Assembly: GCA_963807645.1 (NCBI GenBank)
Contig: CAWECO010000005.1
Location: 97,216-161,215 of the forward strand
Source: an uncultured Gemmatimonadales bacterium
GTDB lineage: Bacteria; Gemmatimonadota; Gemmatimonadetes; Palauibacterales; Palauibacteraceae
Direction of reading: 5' to 3'
DNA length: 64,000 nt
Positions 1-9,991 of the stretch are shown here, piece after piece. Numbering within the stretch: position 1 is the stretch's first letter; each line of letters begins with the position of its first letter. A program made the position numbers and the translations under genes. Under the pieces are notes generated by a model. That model saw only the letters and a program-made list of their open reading frames with translations, searched no databases and had not been told where the DNA came from.

Positions 1-235
1 TCACCGGCTGCCCCGTCCCCTGACCACTCGCTGAGCACCTCACCCAGCCGCCGCTGGATTTCTTCACCGGTCACGTTCCCCTTGTGCTTGTTCTCCACGC
101 TGAGCGCACCGTGCCGTGCGCTCGACTGCCAGCCGGGCGATCTGCTCGAGCACGTACCCGACCCCCTTCGGAAGACTCCGTTTGAGTACATTGGAGCCGT
201 AGATCCGGCGCCTCGGGGGCTGCGACAGGCTCTCC

Positions 236-1697
236 GTGAGGCGACGACGGACGCGAAACTCTCTCGGAGGCTTCATCTTGGGCACGCACGTCAGCTTCCT
301 GGACCAGGTCAACCGCAGCTTCGATCGAGCCGCCACGATCTCCGGTCACGATCCCCGGCTCCTGGACCAGATCAAGGAGTGCAACAGCGTCTATCGGGTC
401 ACGTTTCCGGTAAAGCGGGATGACGGATCGATCGAGGTCGTGCGGGCCTGGAGGGCCGAACACAGCCATCACAAGCTTCCGACCAAGGGCGGCATTCGCT
501 ACAGCACGACGGTCAACGAAGACGAGGTCATGGCTCTGGCGGCCCTCATGACGTTCAAGTGCGCGATCGTGGACGTGCCGTTCGGGGGGGCCAAGGGCGG
601 CATCAAGATCGACCGCCGGAACTACTCGCCCGGCGAGCTGGAGAGAATCACTCGGCGGTACACCTTCGAACTGGTGAAGAAGATGTTCATCGGACCGGGA
701 GTGGACGTTCCCGCCCCGGACTACGGGACCGGGCCGACGGAGATGGCATGGATCGTGGATACCTACAAGTCGCTCACCGGTGGCGGCGAACTCAACGGGG
801 AAGCCTGCGTCACGGGCAAGCCGATTGCCCAGGGCGGCATCGGCGGTCGGCTCGAAGCGACGGGCCGCGGCGTGTATCTCGGCGTACGGGAGGCCTGCGA
901 CATCGAGGAGGACATGCGGGCCCTGGGACTGTCCACGGGGCCTCGAAGGTAAGCGAGTGGTCGTCCAGGGACTGGGCAACGTCGGGTACCACGCCGCCAA
1001 CTTCCTGCAACAGGACGGAGCCGTCCTGGTGGGCCTGGCCGAGTACGAGGGGGCTATCGCGAATCCGGCCGGGCTCGACCTGGATGCCGTGGTCGCCCAC
1101 CGCCGCGAGACGGGCTCCATCCTCGGGTTCTCCGGCGCCACCGACATCCCGAAATCGCGCGAGGCACTGGAACTCGACTGCGACATCCTCGTCCCGGCCG
1201 CACTCGAGAACCAGATCGACGAGAACAACGCTCCTCGAATCCAGGCGCGAATCATCGCCGAAGCCGCGAACGGACCCACGACATCGGCCGCCGACGACAT
1301 ACTGGCCGACAAAGGGGTCGTCGTCCTGCCCGACCTGTACCTGAACGCCGGCGGGGTCACGGTCTCGTATTTCGAGTGGCTGAAGAACCTGTCTCACGTC
1401 CGGTTCGGACGCATGGAAAAGAGGTTCGACGAGAAGTCACACCGCCAGCTTCTCTCGGCAGTCGAGAACGCCACGGGAGCGAGCTTCTCGGATAGTGACC
1501 TGATCAGCTCGGTGGCGGGCGCCGACGAGTTGGACCTGGTGAACTCGGGACTGGAAGAGACGATGATCGACTCGTTCCACCAGATTCGCGAGGTCCAGAA
1601 GAGGAACGGCGGGGATCTCGACATGCGCACGGCAGCCTTCGTGAACTCGATCGACAAGATCGTGGTGTGCTACGAGGAGCTGGGCATCTTTCCCTGA
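236..1697 (+). CDS. gdhA: NAD(P)-dependent glutamate dehydrogenase (Glu/Leu/Phe/Val dehydrogenase family); split over two frames by a 1-nt indel near 940-955
   Basis: Frame 2 carries KGGIRYS...FGGAKGGI...[14 protein letters not shown] (catalytic N-domain). Frame 3 carries [17 protein letters not shown]...[13 protein letters not shown] (NAD domain). Junction lies at ALGLST|GLEGKRV in a GGGG run. Start is GTG at 236; the 5' end may extend further. Confidence 0.8.
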
Positions 1698-1719
1698 TCG
1701 CAGGGTATTCCGGACGCGA

Positions 1720-2541
1720 TCAGAACCGGAAGCTGAACGTGACCCACCGGGCCGGCGAAACGGCCTGCAGGTCAGGCCCAAGGCGTTGGTCCCCGAACCA
1801 CCTCCAGACGGTGGTCGAGGACAGGTATCCCAGGACGCTCCCCGCCAGTACGTCGGACAGCCAGTGCTTGTCAGCGTACAGGCGGCTCCACCCAGTGATT
1901 CCGGCCAGCGAGAAGAAAGCCACGTAGGCCCACCCCTGGTCGATCTGCCTGGCCACGATGTTCGAGATTCCAAAGGCGATCCAGGCGTGCCCCGAGATGA
2001 ACGAGGCCCGGTCGTTGGCAGTGGTGAACGGCTTGAAGCTGAAGTGGCCTTCTCCAAGCTCCGGACGCGCCCGACCGGCGATCATCCTTGCCGGCTGCTG
2101 CACGAGGCCCACGAGAAGCAGGACGTCCATCATCATCATGCCCGTGTCCCGAACCCCATCAGAGGAGAAGGCGGCGCCGGCGCCGTAGGTCAACAGGCTC
2201 GCCGGTACCGCGACATAGGGTGTCCCATACCAGAACCCCACGCGCTCCAGGACGTCGCCGACGTTGCCGCGCGAACCCTGAATCGACGTCCGAAGTTCTT
2301 CCTCGAATATCGTCGAGGCCGCGACTCCGCCGGTAATCAGGCCGGCCGTCACCCAATCACCGGAGTCCCAACGGCCGGGAGCGCTGAGGGTATGCGTGAA
2401 CGCATCCCACACTTCCTCCATGTCGGAGGAAAAGCTGCGGTCCTGAGCGATCGCCCATTGCGCCCCGAGTGGTTGCGGCGGGACGAGGAAAGCCACGCAA
2501 AGCAGCGGGACCGTCGCGCGCCTCAAAACGCGAACGACCAT
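1720..2541 (-). CDS. PAP2-superfamily membrane phosphatase (secreted/membrane, N-terminal signal peptide)
   Basis: PAP2 motifs present: ...FISGHAW (PSGH) and SRLYADKHWLSDV (SRx5Hx3D). Likely start is ATG at 2541 (MVVRVLRRATVPLLCVAFLVPPQPLGAQ), which overlaps the upstream gene stop by 19 nt. Confidence 0.7.
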   Translation of the reverse strand: MVVRVLRRATVPLLCVAFLVPPQPLGAQWAIAQDRSFSSDMEEVWDAFTHTLSAPGRWDSGDWVTAGLITGGVAASTIFEEELRTSIQGSRGNVGDVLERVGFWYGTPYVAVPASLLTYGAGAAFSSDGVRDTGMMMMDVLLLVGLVQQPARMIAGRARPELGEGHFSFKPFTTANDRASFISGHAWIAFGISNIVARQIDQGWAYVAFFSLAGITGWSRLYADKHWLSDVLAGSVLGYLSSTTVWRWFGDQRLGPDLQAVSPARWVTFSFRF

Positions 2542-5084
2542 TCGAGGTACAGCGTCGTCGTCTCGTCGCTGAAGCCGGCTTCCAGGGAAATGATGTTCAT
2601 CGTGCCCAGAAGCCCCCACCACAGGCCGCCACCGAAGCCCCAGTGAGCCGAGCCGGGCGAATCCCCGTCGACCCACACGCGGCCCACGTCCGCAAAGCCG
2701 AGCAGGCCCCACATGGAGGGCACGAGCAATTGCCCATCCATCACGTGAAGACGAAACTCGGCCGATCCGTACACCGACGCGTCGCCGGCGAATCGGCCGG
2801 CGCGCCATCCGCGCAGCGTCTCCGGGCCACCGACGAAGGCCGCGTCGTACCACGGGTAATCACCCCATATCTTCTTCCCGCCGATACGGGCCGCCCCGTG
2901 GGTCGCGTCCTTGAGAAGCGGAATCTGCAGGTAGCCCCTTAACTCTCCCCCCAGCCACCCGTACGGCTCCACCAGGTCCATCCAGTCCGGGTAGTAACGC
3001 CCCTGGGCCGTCAACGCGGCCCCGGTGAGTCTGGGGATCTCCCCCGTCCAGTGAATCCGGATGTTACGGCGGGAATCCCAGTCGAAGCGCGCAAAAGCGC
3101 CAGTCTGCCAGGTGTCATCGACTCCATACAAACCGGGAAGCTGGTTGATGAAACTCTCGGGATCGTCATCGGTGCGTGAGTAGCTGATGACGGGCCCAAC
3201 CGCGAATCCGGTCGAATTCCCCGGAAACGAACCGATGGCGAGTTCCAGGCCCGAGGCGTTTCGGTGCACCTTGGCCGAGTTGCGGTCAACCTCAGGTGAG
3301 TCATTTCCGTACCCGTAGAAATTCAGCACGTCGAAGCTGCTCGAGTAGAGTTCACCCATCACGAAGGCGCGCGAGTTCTCGAATCGAAAGTCGCCGTCCA
3401 ATCGGATCTCGTACTTGAGGGCCGTCGAAATAGCCCCGAAAACGCCGACTTCCGAGGCGTACGGCTCCTTCCGGAATCCGTAGTCGAACCAGGTCTTGCC
3501 CGCGCCGAGCTTGAACCCGTAGTCGGAGGTCAATCCGATCGTGGCCCGGGGCAGGCTCCAGCGACCCCAGTCGCGATGCGGAGGATCCATCGGGTCTGGA
3601 ATCTCGTCCGAGTTCGGGTAATCACGAGTGTTCAAAGCCGCGGATCGCTGACCGGTGATGCGGAAATCGCCGTCCACGTCGTACACGCTCACGCCCCTCG
3701 TGTCGGTCTCGAAGTGCACGTGGTCGTCTCCCCGGCCTCCTATCAAGCGCACCTTGATCGGCAGTCGGGAGGCTCCCCGGATCGTCACTCTATCACCGCC
3801 GCCGCCCAGATAGACCCGTACCTCCTTCGTCTCGTCGCGTCGAAACGTACGCCGAAAGTACGGCTCTGCGCCCTGAGCGCCGACGACAACCTCGATCGCG
3901 CCGTTCGCGTCGCCCGTGATCCGCACCTCTTCCGCTTCGAAGGTGGCGTGTATGTCCACTTCGCGGGACATCAGCAGGTAGAACCGGTTCGCCGCATCAC
4001 CCAGGGACACCCGGCGGATTTCGAGCTTCTCGCCAATCCACTCCGCGTCGAGGTCGTAGTACTGCCTCGGAAGGCGACGAAGCGCTGCGTCCACGACGTC
4101 GTCGGTCAGCACGGAAGTCAGATAGGCGGCCGTCGAATCGAACGCCGACCGATTGAGGTCGGCCAGGAACCGGCGGTCCACGAAGCGGGCGTTCCAGTGC
4201 AGGCTCAGTGGATCGTAGGATGACCCGAAGCCGGTCAGCTGGGGCACGAAGACCTGTGCTGCGTGGGGAAGGACGCCGTCCAGCCTTGAGAAGGCCTGGT
4301 CGCGGTCGAGAGGAATCGGATACCACAGGCGAGAATCGTCGTGATCGTAGGCCGCCCAGCGCCACTGGCCCGGATGGCGGTCCCAATCGCCCACGTAGAA
4401 GTCCAGGAGCCGAGCCTTGAGGAACTCCTTCGAGTCCACCCGATCCGCGGCCGAATTCAGTAGTCGGTCGACCAGTGTCTGGGTTCCCACGACCTCGCGC
4501 GGAGGCCCCATCGACATCAGGTCCGAAAGGCCCTCGTCCGCTGCTTCCTCGATCATGCCAGGAACTCCGCGAAATTCCTCTCGAAATTCGCCCAGACCGG
4601 GCTCGTCGGCGAAGGTGACGAGCTTGGGAGCCGGGTGAGGAATCCCGGCGGCCGTGGCCAGCGGCGATACGATCATCTCGCCAAGCGGGTGCTGCGAGCT
4701 GATCTGGTCGCGCAGAACGTCCATGGCGACGGAGTTCCGGAGAACCGGTGGAAGCACCGCGGAGGGTTCCTTGTCCAGTGACCGGAAATAGTACTGCCGT
4801 CCGTCGACTCCCTGCAGGCGGAGGGTGCGGCTCTGCAGGCCTCCCGTCGTGCCGGCGGGGGTTACACCTCCCGTGAACTCGGCACAATCCAGCACCTCTG
4901 CCTGAATCGAAGTGGTCCACGCGTCGCGGTAGTGGTCCCCCCACCAGAAGCGCCACCAGCCACCGGCTTCGTACTGGGCGCCCGGGATCACTTCGACCGA
5001 ATCGGTGCCGGTGGTCGGAACCTGAGCGGACAGCACGACGGGGAACGACAGAGCAAGGAAGATCGTGCAGGCAAGGCGTTTCAT
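2523..5084 (-). CDS. Large outer-membrane protein, C-terminal Omp85/BamA-like beta-barrel (ends ...EWSFAF); ~500-aa N-terminal domain of unknown function
   Basis: Signal peptide MKRLACTIFLALSFPVVLSAQ begins at ATG 5084. C-terminal region VGGPETLRGWRAGRFAGDASVYGSAEFR resembles the surface-antigen D15 family; terminal aromatic Phe. The ORF is 853 aa with no frame breaks. Confidence 0.55.
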   Translation of the reverse strand: MKRLACTIFLALSFPVVLSAQVPTTGTDSVEVIPGAQYEAGGWWRFWWGDHYRDAWTTSIQAEVLDCAEFTGGVTPAGTTGGLQSRTLRLQGVDGRQYYFRSLDKEPSAVLPPVLRNSVAMDVLRDQISSQHPLGEMIVSPLATAAGIPHPAPKLVTFADEPGLGEFREEFRGVPGMIEEAADEGLSDLMSMGPPREVVGTQTLVDRLLNSAADRVDSKEFLKARLLDFYVGDWDRHPGQWRWAAYDHDDSRLWYPIPLDRDQAFSRLDGVLPHAAQVFVPQLTGFGSSYDPLSLHWNARFVDRRFLADLNRSAFDSTAAYLTSVLTDDVVDAALRRLPRQYYDLDAEWIGEKLEIRRVSLGDAANRFYLLMSREVDIHATFEAEEVRITGDANGAIEVVVGAQGAEPYFRRTFRRDETKEVRVYLGGGGDRVTIRGASRLPIKVRLIGGRGDDHVHFETDTRGVSVYDVDGDFRITGQRSAALNTRDYPNSDEIPDPMDPPHRDWGRWSLPRATIGLTSDYGFKLGAGKTWFDYGFRKEPYASEVGVFGAISTALKYEIRLDGDFRFENSRAFVMGELYSSSFDVLNFYGYGNDSPEVDRNSAKVHRNASGLELAIGSFPGNSTGFAVGPVISYSRTDDDPESFINQLPGLYGVDDTWQTGAFARFDWDSRRNIRIHWTGEIPRLTGAALTAQGRYYPDWMDLVEPYGWLGGELRGYLQIPLLKDATHGAARIGGKKIWGDYPWYDAAFVGGPETLRGWRAGRFAGDASVYGSAEFRLHVMDGQLLVPSMWGLLGFADVGRVWVDGDSPGSAHWGFGGGLWWGLLGTMNIISLEAGFSDETTTLYLEWSFAF

Positions 5085-5390
5085 CGGACAGCCGCCTCCA
5101 GTGGATCGACTCTCCGCGAAAACCACTGCAACGCCCGGGGGGGCGGGACGATCAGTAGCGGGCGCAGACGCCGGAACCGATCGAATGTGTGGGAATTCCA
5201 CTGTTAGAGTGCTGTTTTTGTTAAAGTTGCGCCAGTGCAGGGCAGCGCTGTTCCGTCTCCTCCGTCCGTAGAGATGAACGAGGATCACCTTTGAGTACCG
5301 GGTTGGAGTGATTAGAGTGGGAAGGTCTGTCCCGAACGGCTGTGGAAATACGCATCCTCGAGGGGACATCAACTTCTCTGGAGGTCTTAC

Positions 5391-7061
5391 ATGCGATACG
5401 GGATCGTATTTTCCCTGGCGCTCCTCGCCGTGAGCTGCGGCGGCGAGACCGCGGAGCGCGCCGGACAGACCGATGACGCGCCAGTCGCCGAAGCCAACCC
5501 CACGGACGCGGACGGCTCGAGTCTCGGCACGGTCGTCGTCGCCGGAACGTGCTCCGGCGCGGCGCAGGCGGACCTGGAGAGGGGCCTGGCCTTGCTGCAC
5601 AGCATGACCTACGAGGAGGCGGCCCGGGCATTCGATGCCGCGACGGAGGCGGACCCGAACTGTGCAATGGGCTACTGGGGACAGGCCATGACCTTCGTAC
5701 ACCCCCTGTGGTCCGACCCTCCATCCGAGCAGGCGTTTGAACGGGGACGCGAGCTATTGGTCTCCGCGCGGGAACATGCTGCCACGGGCCAGGAACTGGC
5801 TTACATCGAGGCCCTCGCGGCTTACTACGATGCGGGTCGGTCGGGGTCCGAGAAGCCGAACCTCGTGGCCTTTGAGGCGGGGTGGCGCGATTTCTACGAC
5901 GCCTACCCGGAGGACCCCGAGGGCGCCGCATTCTACGCGCTCGCCCAACTCGCCACCGTGGATCCGGCGGATAAGACCTACAGCAAGCAGCGGCAGGCAG
6001 GCGCTCTCGCCGAGCAGGTGCTCGCGAGTGTGCCGGATCATCCGGGGGCTCACCACTACATCATCCACGCCTACGACAATCCTGAACTGTCATCGGCAGC
6101 GGTGGACGTGGCCCGAAACTACGGCGGGGTGGCCCCGGAGGTCCCGCACGCCCTGCACATGCCCACCCACACGTTTACGCGCCTGGGACTGTGGCAGGAG
6201 TCGATTGAATGGAACCGGCGGTCGGCCGACGCCGCCCTGAAGCACCCGATCGGCGAGGCCAAGTCGCTGCACTACTTCCACGCCCTGGATTACCTGGCCT
6301 ACGCTTACCTGCAGGGCGCCGAAGATGGCCGAGCCGCCGCGGTCCTCGCCGAGCTGCAGGATGTCGAGCCACCCTATCAGCCTCACCTGGCCAGCGCGTA
6401 TACGTTCGCCGCGGTCCCGGCCCGGCTGACGCTCGAGAGGCACTTGTGGGACGCCGCCGCGGATCTCGAACCGCGCTCCCCTTCCGATTACCCATGGGAC
6501 ACGGCTGCCTCGTCCGAGGCGATCACGTACTTCGCCCGCGCACTGGGGGCTGCTCGCAGCGGCCGTTTCGAACAGGCTCGCTCGGATCTGGCGACCCTCT
6601 CCGGATTGCTGGCGAAGGTCGCGGCCGCCAGTCCATACTGGGGGACGCAAGTCGAGATACAGCGGCTTACGGCTCTGGCCTGGCTCCAGTACGAAGAAGG
6701 CGACGGGGAGAGCGGACTCGAGACCATGCAGAAGGCCGCTGACATGGAGGCGGGCACCGAAAAGCACCCGGTTACGCCCGGCGAAGTGCTACCCGCCCGT
6801 GAACTTCTGGCGGACATGTACATGGAGCTCGGCCAGTTCAAGGAGGCCCTGGCTGCCTACGAGGCGGCTATCAACCGCAGTCCCAACCGATTCAACAGCC
6901 TGTACGGAGCCGGGATGGCGGCAACGAAGACAGGCGAATTGACAAAGGCGGCGGAGTATTTCGACGCGTTGCTCGAGGTCACGAGTCATGCGGATACGAA
7001 CAGGCCACGTCTGGAAGAAGTACGCAGTATCGTCGACGCGCGCTCGCTCGAGAGCGCGTAG
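5391..7061 (+). CDS. TPR-repeat lipoprotein (hypothetical)
   Basis: Lipobox MRYGIVFSLALLAVSCGG. GGAGG lies 8 nt upstream of the ATG. TPR-like helical repeats occur in the C-terminal half (ELGQFKEALAAYEAAINRSPN...). Intact 556-aa ORF. Confidence 0.6.
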   Translation: MRYGIVFSLALLAVSCGGETAERAGQTDDAPVAEANPTDADGSSLGTVVVAGTCSGAAQADLERGLALLHSMTYEEAARAFDAATEADPNCAMGYWGQAMTFVHPLWSDPPSEQAFERGRELLVSAREHAATGQELAYIEALAAYYDAGRSGSEKPNLVAFEAGWRDFYDAYPEDPEGAAFYALAQLATVDPADKTYSKQRQAGALAEQVLASVPDHPGAHHYIIHAYDNPELSSAAVDVARNYGGVAPEVPHALHMPTHTFTRLGLWQESIEWNRRSADAALKHPIGEAKSLHYFHALDYLAYAYLQGAEDGRAAAVLAELQDVEPPYQPHLASAYTFAAVPARLTLERHLWDAAADLEPRSPSDYPWDTAASSEAITYFARALGAARSGRFEQARSDLATLSGLLAKVAAASPYWGTQVEIQRLTALAWLQYEEGDGESGLETMQKAADMEAGTEKHPVTPGEVLPARELLADMYMELGQFKEALAAYEAAINRSPNRFNSLYGAGMAATKTGELTKAAEYFDALLEVTSHADTNRPRLEEVRSIVDARSLESA

Positions 7062-7101
7062 TCACGACAGGCTGGAACCGTATCAGGCGCCCTGATGCAA
7101 C

Positions 7102-7126
7102 GAAGCCCCTCCGCGGAGGGGCTTCG
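7102..7126. terminator. Bidirectional intrinsic terminator hairpin between convergent genes
   Basis: GAAGCCCCTCC-gcg-GGAGGGGCTTC, an 11-bp perfect stem. A second small IR ATCAGGcgcCCTGAT sits at 7082-7096. Confidence 0.5.
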
Positions 7127-7147
7127 TGCATCTACTTCACCGTCATC

Positions 7148-8886
7148 CTACAACTTCCCTGCCCGCTTCAACGCCCTCCGCTTTTCCTCGTTCTCCCGCC
7201 ACGGCTTCCGCTCGAAGTAGCTTCGCGTCTCCGCCAGCACCTGCGGCGACAGCAGCACGAGGGCGATGAGGTTCGGCACGATCACTACGGCCAGGAAGAG
7301 ATCGCCCAGGTTCCAGATCACCGCGAGTGGCAGGACCGCGCCCACGAAGTGCATCGTCACGAACGCCATCTTGTACGGAAGCACGGCCGCCGAACCGAAC
7401 AGGTAGTTGGCGCATCGATCCCCGTAGTAGCTCCAGGAGATTGCCGTGGAGAGGGCGAACAAGAGAACCGCCAGCACCACGATCGTCCCGCCCCAGTCGC
7501 CGAGCGGCGAGAGACCGATCCGGAATCCCGCCTGGGTGAGCGGCGCCCCGCTCTCGTAGGCCAGCCCGTACAGAGTCGTGTGTCTGTTCCCGTCCGTGGC
7601 CTCGGCGATGGCGTCCACCGGCCGGATCGTTCCAGAGAACCGGACGGTCATGTCCGCGATCGATGAACAGCTCTTCGACGTGCACGTCGTGCCACGCGAG
7701 TAGCGGAGCGTCCAGGGTCTGCGCGTGCCGTCCGTCCGCGATCACGAGCTCCGCGGGGGCCTCGATACCCGCCCGCACGCCCTCGGCGTCCACGCTCACC
7801 CACGTCAGGTCGCCTCCATCCAGGACGATCGGCGTCGGCAGTCGCTCGTTCCAAACGCCAGTGGTCAGAATCACGAGCCCGGTCATGGTGCAGATGACGA
7901 GCGTGTCGATGAACGGCTCGAGGAGCGCCACCACGCCCTCGGACACCGGCTCGTCGGTCTTGGCCGCGGCGTGCGCGATGGGGGCGGAGCCCTGCCCTGC
8001 CTCGTTGGAGAACAGGCCGCGCCGCACGCCCCACATCATGGTCACGAGGAACGCGCCGACACCCGTGCCGGCGACCCCGGCGGTCGGATTGAAGGCCTCG
8101 CGGAAGATCAGCTCGAACGCGGGAATCACGGCCCCGATATTGAGCCCGATGATCGAGCAGAGCGCCGAACACGTAGAGGGCCGCCATGGCCGGTGCCAGG
8201 ATCGCCGTGACCTTGCCGATCCGCGTGATCCCACCAAGGATCACAGCCGCGACGACGGTCGACGTGATCACGCCGGTGGCCCAGGCCGGGATGCCGAACG
8301 TGGTTCGCATCGTGTCGGCGACCGTGTTCGCCTGGATGGCGTTTCCGGTGAGAAAGGCGGTGAGCCCGAGGAGGACGGCAAAGAGAATGGCCATCCACTT
8401 CCAATTCGGGCCGAGACCGCGCTCGATGTAGTACATGGGACCGCCGGAGACCGTCCCTTCCCAGGCGTGTCCGTGCGTTTCCTCGATCACACGGTACTTC
8501 TGCGCCAGCGTGACCTCGGTGTACTTGGTCGCCATTCCGAGCGCCGCCGTGACCCACATCCAGAACAGCGCGCCAGGACCGCCCCAGTGGATGGCGATCG
8601 CGACGCCGGCGATGTTGCCGATCCCCACCGTCGCCGACAGCGCCGTCGTGAGAGCCTGGAAGTGCGAGACGTCTCCCGGCTCATCGGGGTCGTCGTATGC
8701 CCCGGTCGTGACCTTGAATCCGTGCCCGAGGCGCCGGAGCTGGATGAAGCCGAGACGAAGGGTCAGGAAGACGCCCGTGCCGAGGAGGAGGATCACCATG
8801 TAGGGGATCGTCTCTCCCCCTACGGTGAGTCCCATCTCCACGATGTACCGATTGCCGACCTCGGACAGCCACTGGAAGAATTCCAT
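7148..8886 (-). CDS. Na+/alanine-glycine symporter (AGCS family), split into three frames by two 1-nt indels (~8166 and ~7650-7700)
   Basis: N-part: IGNIAGVAIAIHWGGPGALFWMW. Middle part: GVRRGLFSNEAGQGSAPIAHAAAKTDEPVSEGVVALLEPFIDT. C-part: LFALSTAISWSYYGDRCANYLFG. First junction reads ...YVFGALL|IIGLNIGAV. Confidence 0.75.
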
Positions 8887-9118
8887 GCACGCCCCGTCAG
8901 GTTTCGTTGATCTTCACGGCGCCTCTGCCGAATCGAGATCGGAGAAGATAGGGAGGGTGCATGGGTTCGTGCGAATCGGAGGGTGCCTGACCGTTGGCGA
9001 TGCTCGCCTCTTTCCTCGATGAGGCGTGCTCGACTTGCTTCGCGGAGCGCAAACGGTAGATCTTCAGTAATGGCACCTCGCTCCCGGGCTGCCCCCTCCC
9101 AGGCGAGCCATCCCCTTT

Positions 9119-9991
9119 GTGCGGACAGGCTACGTGTCAACTCGGGCAGCATGGTCGCGCGCCAGCATCCGGAGTCTGGCCCCCCTCCTGTTGTGGTCAT
9201 TCGTCCCCGGGACGCTCCTGGCGCAGTCCGGCTGGATCTTCGGGGGCGATGCCGTGGTCCGAAACACCTACCTGTGGCGGGGCGTGACACGTAGCAGCGC
9301 CTGGGTTCTGCAACCCGACCTCTTCCTCGCTGGATCGCAGGACCGCTCGAACATCACGGGCGGGTGGTGGAGCACGATCGATCTTGGGTCGGTCGATCCG
9401 GGTGACCCGACGAGCGCCGGACTGGGGCAGACATGGTTCGGCCAGAACGACCTGTGGCTCGAAGTTGCGGTGCGTTCGGGGACAGTCGACTTCACCGTAG
9501 GGGTCACCCGGTACCAGTTTGCGGATCGGTCCTTCGGCCAATCCGCTGACGCGGTGAACACCACCGAACTCTACGCCACGGCTGGTCTCTCTGCGGGTCC
9601 GCTCGTGCCCCGGATAGCTCTGTGGGTCGACGTGAGCCGGGTGCGAGGCGCGTACTTCGAGACGAGTCTGGACCTGAGGGTACCGGTTCTCCCTTCCTAC
9701 GAACCCGTCATCGCGGCATACCTGAGCGCCCTCGCCGGCTGGAGCGCCGGACAGGAGATCAACCGCCAGAGCCCGGACGAAGCGGCATATTTCGGCGACG
9801 CTGGCCTGACGCATCTCGATTTCGGCCTCGACGTAGCTGTCGGCCGCAATCAGCGGTACGTCACTCTCGAACTGCACGTCCTCGCCGCGCAGGACGGAGG
9901 AGCCCGAGCGGAGCCCGGCACTTCCAGAAACGCTTCCTGGTGGCTGGGGCTGGGATTCAGTGATTCCGTCGTGCTGGGAGCCCTGTGGTGA
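9119..9991 (+). CDS. Secreted/outer-membrane beta-barrel-like protein (hypothetical); first gene of the ceramidase-kinase operon
   Basis: Signal peptide ...IRSLAPLLLWSFVPGTLLAQS. Sequence has alternating hydrophobic periodicity and ends ...VVLGALW. Its stop overlaps the next gene start (9985). The antisense ORF 9197..10060 is Arg-rich noise. Confidence 0.45.
   Translation: MRTGYVSTRAAWSRASIRSLAPLLLWSFVPGTLLAQSGWIFGGDAVVRNTYLWRGVTRSSAWVLQPDLFLAGSQDRSNITGGWWSTIDLGSVDPGDPTSAGLGQTWFGQNDLWLEVAVRSGTVDFTVGVTRYQFADRSFGQSADAVNTTELYATAGLSAGPLVPRIALWVDVSRVRGAYFETSLDLRVPVLPSYEPVIAAYLSALAGWSAGQEINRQSPDEAAYFGDAGLTHLDFGLDVAVGRNQRYVTLELHVLAAQDGGARAEPGTSRNASWWLGLGFSDSVVLGALW

Noticed and set aside
82-423. 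ORF 82..423+ as an N-terminal extension of GDH
   Set aside because: Different frame, no GDH-like sequence, and the GDH N-terminal block is fully present from 236.
71-1360. Long antisense/alternate-frame ORFs throughout (e.g. 71..1360-, 3997..4956-, 5221..5931-, 9197..10060-, 10123..11172-, 21402..22475-, 46493..47671-, 47735..48925-, 53610..54320-)
   Set aside because: They are Arg/Pro/Gly-rich with no motifs and overlap well-supported genes on the other strand or frame. This is the usual open-frame artefact of 68% GC DNA.
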